From Octopus sinensis (taxonomy: Eukaryota): a stretch of DNA of 64,000 bases. Every line of letters begins with the position of its first letter. Within the stretch, counting starts at the first letter, position 1. Made by a program: the position numbers and the translations under genes. The stretch spans positions 15,438,001 to 15,502,000 of the forward strand of contig NC_043015.1 in NCBI RefSeq assembly GCF_006345805.1, written 5' to 3'. Positions 41,141 to 53,450 of this stretch are shown piece by piece. Under the pieces are notes generated by a model. The model saw only the letters and a list, made by a program, of their open reading frames with translations. It was not told the DNA's origin and did not search any database.

Positions 41141-41357
41141 AATAGATGGTCAGAGAGAGAGAGACACATAGATAGATAAATAGAAAGAAAGACAGATATA
41201 TTGATGGATAAATAAATTGGTAAGGAAGACCACTGCCGAACATATTCGGGCAAAATTCACAGCTTTGATGACGACAGAATGAATGATAGACGGAAATAGA
41301 ACAGAATGGGTAGAGGATGGATATACAGATTATAGTGTGTGTGTGTGTGTGTGTCTA

Positions 41358-41393
<36 letters not shown>

Positions 41394-41582
41394 TGTATGT
41401 ATGTATGTATGTATGTATGTATGTATGTATGTATGTATGTGTCTGTGTGTATAAATATATATGTATGTGTGTATGTATGTGTATGTACATATATATATAT
41501 ATGTGTGTGTGGTGTGTGTGTGTATATATATATATATGTGTGTGTGTGTATATATATATATATATAACAGTGAGATAGGTAG

Positions 41583-41674
<92 letters not shown>

Positions 41675-41690
41675 TAGATAGGTAGGTAGG

Positions 41691-41765
<75 letters not shown>

Positions 41766-42229
41766 GTAGGTAGATAGTCCAATCGGCATAAAAATACGTA
41801 GACTTGTAGATTATGTAGTTAAATTTGACGGAATAGTTTTCATTTAATTACGAAATATATATTTGTTGTAACACAGCAGAATCATGTGCACCTGCATACA
41901 CAAATATAGGCGCACAGTGCCCGTATTTGTGACACAGATGAGAACACACGCTCACGTTCACACACACACACACAAAGACACACACGAATGCACACGCACA
42001 CATATACACGTACACACACACACACACAGAATCTCAAATGAAGATATAGGATTCTTCTCATCGATGTTCATAATCCTTTCACTATTACAGACAAGGAATT
42101 ATGTTAATATTAAAGCTGAATAATATATAAAAGTACTTGTATTCGAGTGTGTGTGTGTGTGTGTATACAGTTACAGAAACAGCGTTGTGTGTATGTGTAT
42201 ATTTATATACATATGTGTGTGTGTGTGTG

Positions 42230-42301
42230 TATATAATATATATTATATATATATTATACATATATATATATACATATATATATACATACTTATATATATA
42301 A

Positions 42302-42333
<32 letters not shown>

Positions 42334-42367
42334 CATACTTATATATATAATATATATATATACATAC

Positions 42368-42419
<52 letters not shown>

Positions 42420-42462
42420 TATATACATACTTATATATATATATATTATATATTATATATAT

Positions 42463-42503
<41 letters not shown>

Positions 42504-42522
42504 TTATATATATATATACATA

Positions 42523-42570
<48 letters not shown>

Positions 42571-42618
42571 CTATATATATATATATATTATAATATATAT
42601 ATATATATATATAATATC

Positions 42619-42645
<27 letters not shown>
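42230..42645. repeat. (TA)n-rich compound microsatellite
   Basis: About 400 bp of AT dinucleotide repeat with recurring CATACTTA interruptions. Confidence 0.95.
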
Positions 42646-42650
<5 letters not shown>

Positions 42651-43047
42651 GAGAGAGAGAGACGTGTGTATGTGTGCGTGTACACACACACACACACGGA
42701 GCTGTTGGCAAAACAGAGAAAGAACTAAACGGGGGGATATTCCAAAGGTTTTCGCTCTTTTCTTTTCTTCTTCTTTTTAACGGTCTTGTGTTCTTTCCGT
42801 CTTTCATTCCTTGGCTATTTTATTTCATTTTACTTCTTCTTATCAACGTGAGATGCTAATGTAACAAGAGTGAAACAAGCTAGTTAGCCGTCAGCAGTTT
42901 TTAGGAGACGCGCATATCTTTGCAGATGACATCTCAGGTATCTTTCTACCGAAGCTGTCAAGCAAAACAGCTTAACGATTACCTAATGGCGAACCCCTCC
43001 CTCTCCATGGCATGCTCTTTCGGTTTCCTTCTCGTTACCTTTTTTCG

Positions 43048-43085
<38 letters not shown>

Positions 43086-43406
43086 CTTCACCTTCGTTTC
43101 CTTTTTCTGTTCATCAATGTTGACGTTACTTGGTGGCAATAATACATACACGCATACTTAAACACTGTGTACACACATTTCTCTTATTATCCATCCATCC
43201 ATCTGTCTATTCACACATACATATATGTATACATGTATGTGTGTATGTGTACCTGTCTTCTGTATATACACATACATACACATACATGTGTATGTGTGTG
43301 TGTGGTGTGTGTGTGTGTATGTGTTCGGAATATATCGACACCGTATTTGTAAGAATGTTTGTCGAACACATATGAAGTACGCACATATGTACGTTTCGCT
43401 ATCGTA

Positions 43407-43501
<95 letters not shown>

Positions 43502-43565
43502 AAGTATGTTATATCTATGTACCGTAAAGTACCTACCTACCTACCTACATACATACATACATACA

Positions 43566-43596
<31 letters not shown>

Positions 43597-43737
43597 GTGC
43601 GTGCGTGTGTGGGTGCGTGTGGTGGTGGGGGCACTATATTTAACTGTCACCTGTACTGAAACACTAAAGGTGAATAAATGGAAAAAATAAATTGTCGAAA
43701 TAAAGGCAAAGAATATGAAAACCCGGGAAGTCCTTAC

Positions 43738-43972
43738 CGTAGTTGCCCTGTTTCGATTTGGTTCCAAAATACCAGCCAACGACAGCGGCCACAGCGAGTA
43801 GAATGATACACAGACGTTTTATGGAGACCACTAAGAATTTGCGACACCTTGGACTGGTCAGTGTGGCTTGAATTTTGTGTCCACTGCTGTGACTCATTCC
43901 ATCGATTGGTAACAAGGTAACGTTGGTGGGGCCCGCTTTAAGATCCTGTTGTGAGTCTCCAGTCTCCATCAT
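43738..43972 (-). CDS. First coding exon of an unidentified type II (signal-anchor) membrane protein
   Basis: Non-repetitive ORF M(M)ETGDSQQDLKAGPTNVTLLPIDGMSHSSGHKIQATLTSPRCRKFLVVSIKRLCIILLAVAAVVGWYFGTKSKQGNY. Basic residues precede a hydrophobic helix. Second ATG has good Kozak context (ATGATGG), there is an in-frame stop 8 codons upstream, and the exon ends at a canonical G|GTAAGG donor (phase 1). Family not recognised. Confidence 0.6.
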
Positions 43973-44559
43973 TGTTCCTGTTTGTTGATGAAGTTGTTAT
44001 TATTGTCCTCAGTTTTTCTCGTCGCCGCCGCCGCCGCCGTCGTGGTGATGCTCTTCCCTTTATTGTTGTTGACCACTTGTGTTTGTGTCAAGCAAGTTGT
44101 TATTTCTGATACACGCAGCCGACAGCAGAAGAATTTCTCTCTTGGTGGTTAGCATCTGTTATGAATGTTGTTGTGAGGCTGCTGCTAATGTCGGTGTTAT
44201 GGTTGTTGTTACTATTGTTGGTGTTGTTGTTAGAGTTTTAAAAAAATGGATTAACACAATCGGATTAGTCAGTATCAATAGAACACAGATTTGATCTTTG
44301 TACTTCACATATCATAACGATGCTCTGGCGCAGACGACATTGATGGTGTTATACAAATGGTGACAATATTAACGTCAGCTGTGACCATGGCAAAGACAAT
44401 AAGGGATGATGGTGATGATGATGATGGTGATGGTGGTGGTGGTGGTGGCGGCGGCGGTGGTATACAAAGCGCTGGTTGAAATGGGATAGTAACAGGGATG
44501 GTAATCGATGATGATGATGCTGGAGATAATGAAGGTGATAAGTATGTTGATTAAGGTGA

Positions 44560-44773
44560 TAGTTCACGAGCATTTGCTCACCTAGTGTTTCCCCATTTCA
44601 GTCACGCAAGTGCGTACTGAATTGATGAAGAGGGTTGAGTAAGCGAGAAAGAGAGAGAGGGAGAGAAAGAGAGAGAGTGTGTGTGAGAGAAAGAGCGTAG
44701 AAGCAGAGGGGAGAGAGAGAGAGGGTGGGAGGAAACTGAGAGAGTGACGGAAAGAGAAAGCACGCGAGCGAGT

Positions 44774-44816
<43 letters not shown>

Positions 44817-44870
44817 TGAACGAGAGAGAGGGAGAGGGGAAAGAGAGTAAAACAGCAGGCGGCAGTAGCG
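44560..44870. promoter_or_regulatory. GA-repeat-rich CpG-rich putative bidirectional promoter / 5' UTR
   Basis: Long (GA)n tracts and Inr-like TCAGT motifs lying between divergent candidate start exons (43972 minus, 44874 plus). Confidence 0.35.
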
Positions 44871-44873
44871 ACG

Positions 44874-44897
44874 ATGGCATCAAGCAACATAACAGAT
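44874..44897 (+). CDS. Possible short first coding exon (MASSNITD) of a plus-strand gene
   Basis: acgATGG Kozak context, 8 codons, then a GAT|gtaagt donor. Preceded by a GA-rich leader and an Inr-like TCAGTC near 44598. No downstream exon convincingly linked. Confidence 0.3.
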
Positions 44898-45597
44898 GTA
44901 AGTCTCGTGCTTCTAAATGAATCAAAAACCGTGAACGAAAGAAGAAAAGAAAAGAAAAAGAGGTGATAGAAGGATAAATAGATGGAGAGAGAGAGAGAGA
45001 GAGAGCGCTCGTGTGTGTGTGAGAGAGGGAAAGAGGGAATTTACGTGATGGATACAGAGAGCTGATTACCTTTGTTTTCTTAAAATTTACAGACTATAAA
45101 AATACGCAAGTCCTCAACTTCAATAAACCCCGGTAATTATTGAAAATGTTAAGGATTTCAGTTAAAAGGGAGGCTGGCTGATTACTCGCAATAGCTCCAT
45201 TATCAAACAGCGTCACCATTTCACGATATTAAGAGAAATTGTGAATTCTTAAGTACCTGATGCACAGACAGACACTGTTGCGTTCGTCTTTCTTTATTAT
45301 TCTTTATTTCCAACAGTTTTTCCTTCTTCCAGAGTGCCGGTTTCAATATGGCGATTAAACCTTTTGAAAAGAGGAATAAATTTCAAAAAATTCAACAATA
45401 TTTGTTAGTAGTCGAAGAGCTGAAGGCTGCTCTTTCTCCTAAGAACTACACGCAAAACATCACCTGCTCTTAATTTTATTTTCACTCCATTTCCTCTATT
45501 CTCTTTTAAAGTCTCTCACAACTTTTTCTCTTCTTTCCTTCCTCGACTTCTGAGGACGAAAGAACTTTAAAATATTTATTTGTTGAATAAATTCTCA

Positions 45598-45670
<73 letters not shown>

Positions 45671-47082
45671 TCACTCCCTCTCTCATCCTTTCAGGAAGGT
45701 AGTTTAGTTTCCAATTTGCTACTATTTAAACAGTTGTTACTTGCATTAATAACGTTTTTGAATTAAACTTTTATGTCGCTCACAGTGAATTGAAGATTTA
45801 AAATTAATTCATTTGTATTTCGTTTTTATTGCACAACATTTTGAGTGTAAAATCCATTGGAAGACTTATTTATTTTCTGAGAAAATCTTCGTCAACACGC
45901 GCGCGCACTCACACAAACACGCTCTCTCACACACAAACATTTACACACACATCCATGCACACAATCTCACCTACACACAACTCTTGTTGCAGGCATCCAC
46001 GCACTTGTTGGCGCGCGCTCATATCCGTGGATGCAGCCTACATGCGCACGTGCATGCACAGACACGCAAACGCACACTCGCATGCGTACATAAGTCTGAT
46101 TTATGCATGTATAATCTATTATACTTGCGTATAATATTATAATATAATAGGTAAAATTCCATATACTCAGCGAAAGGTATAGGCATTCTCTTTGACTCCG
46201 AAATAACCCCGTCTGTCTAACTATAAAACAGACACCATGAGATAGAAATATATCACATTTCTTCAATTTTAATAAGAGTTTACTTAGCTAACAGTGTTAA
46301 TTCAACCTCTACGAATATACTTGAAGTTCGGGCTCTGGCAGTTTTGAACCTTTCCCATACAGGGAATTCAGTGTTAATTTCTGACTCGCTTATGAACACA
46401 CTTATATTCGTATCTCAATTTTCGTTTATCAATCTAAACTTTTACTTAAGCATACATCAATACACTTAACTAAGCATAAATTTATTAGCGCCTGTTTATA
46501 TTTGAGCGTGTTGCAGTGTGCTGTATGAAACTCGAGCATCATATGACATTCTGCTTCAAGTATCAGTTGATCAATTATTAGATTTAGTCAACAGAGGAAA
46601 AGTTGACTGATGTCAAACTTATCAATCGTAAAGTCAATGCTTCCGTCTATAAAACTCTGTTGTTAATTGCTTATCGACTTTCAGGTTTTGATGATGTCAT
46701 TAAATTGATATGCTGATGCAGAACAGAATTCTTTCTATTTTTTTTCCTTTTTTTTTCCTTTCCATTTTTTATTTATGAAAGTGTTATACACATCATCTAT
46801 CCTGAAAATAATTTCTTGGAAAACAGTATGCGTGTGTTATTTATTTTAATAATGCTATAACTTTAGTCTCAACTCGGGCAAAATGCGCCAGTAACATAAA
46901 ATGATGTTCTGGTTAAAACACAGGATATAGAATATGGTTCTTTATTTGATAATCCAGAGAGAAGTAAAAAAAAATTTTATATTGAGTCGTAGTTTGATAG
47001 TTGTTCAATTTGAATTGCTGCAATTTAGTAGATGGGTACAAACGTTGAGTTTTATAGGTATGCAGTTCCTTACGGATGTTTA

Positions 47083-47620
47083 TTACGAGGGTATGATTAG
47101 AGAAGTATTTGATAAAGCTATCTTTTCACAAACCCATAACTTGATGAGGTCAACCTGTTTTTTTTCAAAATAGAAGAGAGTTGGTGCCATGACTAAAAAG
47201 TCAAAAAGTAAGATGAATGTTGGCAGTTGAAGTTAGTTAATATATTTGAAGTGTTGTGAGTCAATAATAGACATTTTCTTTTTGTGTTATACCGACAATA
47301 CCTTCACGTCGGACAAGACGATGAGGTAGATATACTATTTTATCATCGACGACCCTATTTCATCAACAGTCGTAATATCAATATCCTCCATCGGGATCGT
47401 TCATCCTTTTATGATTTGGTTCCCATTCGACCGACAGGCAGGTGGAAAACTACGAGTTGTAGACAGAGTTCAGTAAATTGCATCCATCTTCCAGTTATCT
47501 TCTTGATTGACTGGATGAAATCGTCATGAGTTGTTACCTGGTCACCTTCTGAATCCAAATGATGTCGAAGGCCATCCAGAACATCCGAGACTTGTTGTTT
47601 GCTTGGTGAAAGACATAGCA
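47083..47620 (-). mobile_element. Mariner-type DNA transposon fragment
   Basis: TACGAGGG TIR-like start at about 47084 and degraded KKITGRWM...ITTVDE segments. Confidence 0.5.
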
Positions 47621-47733
47621 AGAAGGTCGAGGTAAAAGGAAATATTTGATGACACAGAACATTTTAGAAACAGTATAAGGTATATACATGTGAGTTTTAG
47701 CGGTAAGATGTTTACTGATCTTTCAAATAATCT

Positions 47734-47822
<89 letters not shown>

Positions 47823-48369
47823 GGATTAAGTCTATATTCAGACTGAGGAGTGTGTTAAATTTTGCAATAACACAAGCACATATACGGTGAAGACGAAAAA
47901 CATCTGCTTGGCAGAAAAGATATAGACTGATTGCATAACTGAGTAATACATAACGGTAGTGTACAGACTACTTGAATGAATTTCTCCAAGACCATTCCAA
48001 ATCAAGTATGGTACTCGCAGAGCAATGTAAAGAAATAACGTGAGAATGCATTGAGTAACTGCTAATTGATAAAACTGGTGCAATGATATTATAGAAAGCC
48101 AATCACGTTATGACTTCTTTAGAGCAAGAAAGGTGTTCTATGACTCTTCGACATAAAAAGCATTAATACCAACATCTCGGTATCAGTATAAGAAAAATAT
48201 AAATATAGGTATAGGCGTGGCTGTGTGGTAAGAACCTTGCTTCCCAACCGCAGGGTTTCTAGATCCTTCTCACCGCGTGGTACCTTGGGTAAGTGTCTTG
48301 TTTTATAACCTCGGGCCGACCAAAGCTTTGTGAGTGGATTTGATAGACGGAAATTGAAAGAAGCCTGTC

Positions 48370-48408
<39 letters not shown>

Positions 48409-50149
48409 CTTGCGTGTGTGCGCGCGTTTCTGTGTCAGTGTTTGTCCCCCACCACCGCTTAATAACTTGCGTTGGAGTGTTTATGTCCCCGTAACTTAGT
48501 GGTTCGGCAAAAGAGACAGATAGAATAAGTACCAGGCTTAAAAAAAAATAAGTACTAGAGTTGATTTATTCGATAAAAAATTATTCAAGATGGTGTCCCA
48601 GCATGGCCGCAGTTTGGATCTTTTCGGTTTGAACGGTAGTTTTTTCTAGCGGTGTCATATGAAATTGTCACCCATAATTATGACCCTAGAATCGATCTAT
48701 TGCATTTCAATCTCTTTTAGGGTTAAGGTTAGGGGTGGGGGAAGGGTATCTTTTTTTCTTCACAAATGTAAATAAACCAATCTATTTCTTAAACGAGGGA
48801 CATATTCATACGGCACAGAATGCTTTTTAACTCAATAGACGTCACTGATTGGTTGAAATTGCAGAAAGCGAAGAAAAAACAACACCTAATATTTTACAAA
48901 CTATGCTACGTATTGGGGACAAGTGATCTCAAATTCTCCTTCATTATCGGAAGGACGTGGACCTCTGAAAGGTCCTCTGTGATCATTCAGACCATGAATG
49001 CGATCCGGTTTCTGTGATTCTAAGCATCTGAAAGACGTCAGTCCATCTCAAGGAATTTTTCTGTGGGAGAAACTGAGCACAGCACTTTAAGCCAAATAAT
49101 CAGTCATCGATTTTATAGTTGACGTCACGCTTAAGATGAATTAGTTTTGCAGTATCTAATTAGAGTTAATTGGAGTTGACCGTTATGAGTTTAATGTTTT
49201 AGTTACGGATAGCACATAATCGAACCACCGATTTCTTGACTAGTTTGTTTTATCGACTCAGTTTTAATTATACACAAACAAACAAGGAAAGGAAAAGCAT
49301 GGTTCGCTTAGTTTTTCTGAGGAGACAAATTTTCTAATAAACAAACTTCAATTTAGTGTCGCCGTCTGCAAACCATTTATGAGTATTCATGAGTAAAAGA
49401 AAAAGACACGGTTAAAATCAGAACGCATCTTTTTCTTTCTTTGCCATCAGATCATCAGAATAATCAATGTAAACCCATCCTCGAAGACACAGATTTATAA
49501 ATCAAAGAAGAATTCAAGAATAAAAGTACAGAGTGAACAAAAGTAGCCATTTTTATAAGTTTGTTAGGGGTACTAATGTAAGCAACGAGAATAATACCTT
49601 TTCTGGATGAATAATCGGAATGTAAAATGACTACTATTTTATTGTGTTAATTTCTACATTGAATGTGGCAAGATGTCAGAATCGTTTGCGCGTCGGAAAA
49701 AATTGCCAAGCAGCATTCATTTCGGCTCGGTATGTGCCGAGTTCAAATTCCGCCGAGGTTGACTAATGCTTTCATCCTTTTGGAGTCGATAAAATTAAGC
49801 ACCAGCCAAATGCTGGGGTCGATGGAATCGACTACCCGCCGCCCCTAAAATTGCTGGCTTTGAGTCAAAATTTGAAATAGTTATAATAATTACACCTTGC
49901 TTGAACAACATCTACTTACTAAATATCTCATAAACAAGCGAAACAAAGTAGCTTCTATACCACAACATTCAAGCACATTTTTTGGATTTTCTTTATATTC
50001 CATAATTTGAATCTATATTTGGATCTTTGACAATATATTTGGGTTCTCGCCCACTACAATATTTTGTTCAGCGTTGCGCTTGATCAACTCATGTTTTGAT
50101 GGCGATTTGCTATAAAGAAACAAATGTTTCCGAAGTAATTTCAGAGTTG

Positions 50150-50630
50150 TTCCTCTTACCGTACACGTTGCTAATGATTGCCTAAAAAGCGAGAAATGCA
50201 TTCACCGTTTCTGCCAAGAGAAGGTGCCTTATTATTCATTATGACCAGGTTTCAACCCAGGGCGCAGCAACAAAGTTCACCCGCCTCACTTCTCGATCCA
50301 TCATCACTACCTCGAGGCCAGTGTCTGCAATCAACGAAGTTTTCCTCTTCTTATATCACCATGAAGTGAATTCCACAAGACTAATTTGGATGCGTCTAGT
50401 TTAGAGTGGCGCACACATTGGCCAGACAGTCGCAGCCGTCTTTGCTTGATCTTTTCGCTAACTTTCGGCAGGTCTCCATCAGGGCATTCATTTGTCATAT
50501 GTTGCTGCCAATTCACATTTAGGGTCATTCGTAGCATCCTTGTAATAACTATTGGTGTTTCTAATATCTATTGCCGAAAGCGAGAAAACTTCTCAGCGGC
50601 AAATTAGCAATGAATATGGCCTTTGCACAG
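50150..50630 (-). mobile_element. RTE-clade LINE 3' fragment
   Basis: MLRMTLNVNWQQHMTNE..DLPKVSEKIKQRRLRLSGQCVRH..ASKLVLW. Confidence 0.75.
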
Positions 50631-50759
50631 GTCAAATATCTCTCAAGCATATTTGAATCGATCTAAATGTATGATGAAGGCGAAAAGTCGTTTTCTAATA
50701 ATCTCTTGAGTCTAATTTAGTGTTAATTCAATTTCTTGTCTATCAAAGATACTCGTGTG

Positions 50760-50771
50760 GCCACCTAGCGG
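50760..50771 (-). promoter_or_regulatory. CTCF-like core motif
   Basis: Minus strand reads CCGCTAGGTGGC, matching the CTCF core CC(A/G)C(C/T)AG(A/G)(G/T)GGC, in a GC-rich unique patch. Confidence 0.3.
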
Positions 50772-51289
50772 CGGCGGCGGTGGCAACGGTCGTGATGGTA
50801 GAATGCAAACCTCCGACCTTACCGCTGGTCGTCAGGAACCCATTTGATTCCATATGCTTTTTAATATAAATCAAATACATTCCTAATAAAATGGTTCAAG
50901 AGCTGTCATTGGTATTACATAAACGGTTAAATATGTCTTATGATGACAATATTTGAGAAAGCTTAATCAAATGCTTAGAAAAGAATCCTGGTATTACTGG
51001 TTATTAATTATCAGATAAATAGACAAAGCAGGCAATAATAATTGCCTTGTCTAAAGGAGTCAGCGGTGGGTTATGATATCACAGATTATAAGCTGACATC
51101 TTTTCCATTTGACATTTTGGTTTTGCAAGTTAAATATCTATAATATTTAAACGATTAAGAATCCCAGTCTTTATGTAAAGGAATGAGACAAAATTCAGTA
51201 ATAGTTGTCAGGGCGTAATCGTTATGAAATCTATCAAGTTATTTAAATGACTACATATTTAAATAGTGATGATGATGATAATGATAATA

Positions 51290-51873
51290 ATCCTTTCTAC
51301 TATAGGCACAAGGCCTGAAATTTGTGGGGAAGGGGTCCAGTCGATTAGATCGACCCCTGTACTAGATTGAGACTTAATTTAGCGACTCCGAAAGGATGAA
51401 AGGCAAAGGCAACCTCGGCGGAATTTGACTCAGAATGTAAAGACAGACGAAATACCTATTTCTTTACTACCCACAAGGGGCTAAACACGGAGAGCACAAA
51501 CAAGGACAGAGAAACGGATTAAGTCGATTATATCGACCCCAGTGCGCAACTGGTACTTATTTAATCGACCCCGGAAGGAAGAAAGGCAAAGTCGACCTCG
51601 GCGGAATTTGAACTCAGAATGTAGCGGCAGGCGAAATACCTATTTCTTTACTACCCACAAGGGGCTAAACACAGAGAGGACAAACAAGGACAGACAAAAA
51701 CGGATTAAGTCGATTATATCGACCTCAGTGCGTAACTGGTACTTATTTAATCGACCCCGAAAGGATGAAAGGCAAAGTCGACCTCGGCGGAATTTGAACT
51801 CAGAACGTAAAGGCAGATGAAATACGGCTACGCATTTCGCCCGGTATGCTAACGATTCTACCAGCTCGCTGCC

Positions 51874-51875
<2 letters not shown>
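51290..51875 (-). repeat. Tandem trimer of family-2 SINE units
   Basis: Three consecutive cores about 192 bp apart. Two junctions are both GAAATACC|TATTTCTTTACTACCCAC. Confidence 0.85.
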
Positions 51876-51969
<94 letters not shown>

Positions 51970-51978
51970 TTTAATTGG

Positions 51979-52725
51979 GGATTTTTAATTGCAGCACAAG
52001 ACCAAAGCCTCCCCACCAGAAATTACCAAAAACATGTAATGAAAAGAAATATAACAAGTAACTGCAGAATATGTGGAGATGGACAAGAAACAATAAATCA
52101 TATTATCTCTAGCTGCCCAGTCCTGGCTAAGAAGGAATATATTCACAGACATGACAAAGTTGGAACCTACATACATTGGAAGCTATGCCAACATTATGGA
52201 ATAACAACAGAAAAAAGATGGTATAGGCACACACCAGAAAAGGTCACAGAAAACGAGAAAGCAACCATACTCTGGGATATGCCGATACACACAGATAGAG
52301 AAATTAAGGCCAACAGGCCAGATATAGTTGTCAGAGATCATGAAGAAAAAAATGCTTTCTAATTGATATATCAATACCGACAGATGACAACGTGTCTCTA
52401 AAAGAAATGGAGAAACTCTCAAAATACAAAGACCTGGAAATAGAGGTAACCAGAATGTGGAATCTGAAAACAGAAACAATTCCTATCATAGTAGGTGCAT
52501 TAGGCATGATAAAAAAATATTCAGACAAATACATAACAAAAACACCAGGACTTACAAACACATATAACATACAGAAAATTGCACTACTAGGCACTGCACA
52601 CATCCTACGCAGAACACTTTCCATACAATAACCATCAGAGCATCACAACAAATCACAACACATACCCAAGGCACACAGAGCTGCGCTCGGTAGTGAAGTG
52701 AAAGCACGCTATAAAAATAAAACTA

Positions 52726-52785
<60 letters not shown>
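51979..52785 (+). mobile_element. Young 5'-truncated R4/Dong-clade LINE (CCHC knuckle + restriction-like endonuclease)
   Basis: GFLIAAQDQSL...CRICGDGQETINHIISSC...RHDKVG...WDMPIHTDREIKANRPDIVV..(frameshift in A-run near 52345)..IDISIP..EKLSKYKDLEIEVTRMW..PIIVGALG..ALLGTAHILRRTL. Short 3' UTR and (AAT)n tail. Confidence 0.9.
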
Positions 52786-53413
52786 TGTAAAAACAACCGT
52801 CCATTAATTTATTATCTTTTTAAAATACATATTTTACCTGTGAATTTGCGTGTGTAATCTGGGAATGCATACAATGAGCTTCTCTGCCCTACGTGTACGG
52901 AAAACACTCGGCGAGAAACGGAAGAAAATTTGAAGAAAGAAGGAAATAATAATAATAATAATTATAATAATGGCTTCAAATTTTGCCGCAAGGGCAGCAG
53001 TTTTGGGGGAGGGGTAAGTCGATTTCATCAACTCCAGTGTTTCACTGGTACTTATTTCCCCCTACAAAAAAAAATGAAAGGCAAAGTCGACAGCGGCAGA
53101 ATTTGAACTCAGAACGCAGTGACGAGCGAAATACCGCTAAGCATTTCGTCCAGTGCGTCACCTTGATAAATAATGATAGTAGTTAGTAGTAGTAGTAGTA
53201 GTAGTAGTAACAATAATAATAATGCTTTCTATTCTAGGCACAAGGCCTAAAATTTTGGGATCATATCGATCCCAGTACTTGACCGGTACTCAATTTATTG
53301 ACCCGGAAAGGATGAAAGGCAAAGTCGACCTCGTAGGAATTCGAGCTCAGAACGGAGCGACGGGCGCCTTGTTATATAACAACAACAACAACAACAACAA
53401 TAACAACAACAAC

Positions 53414-53450
<37 letters not shown>

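Noticed and set aside
48715-48740. TTAGGG-like motif (TTAGGGTTAAGGTTAGGGG)
   Set aside because: Too short for an interstitial telomere and embedded in what looks like a dispersed repeat.
51445-51850. Regularly spaced repeats suggesting a CRISPR-like array
   Set aside because: These are tandem SINE units with no unique spacers, in eukaryotic DNA.
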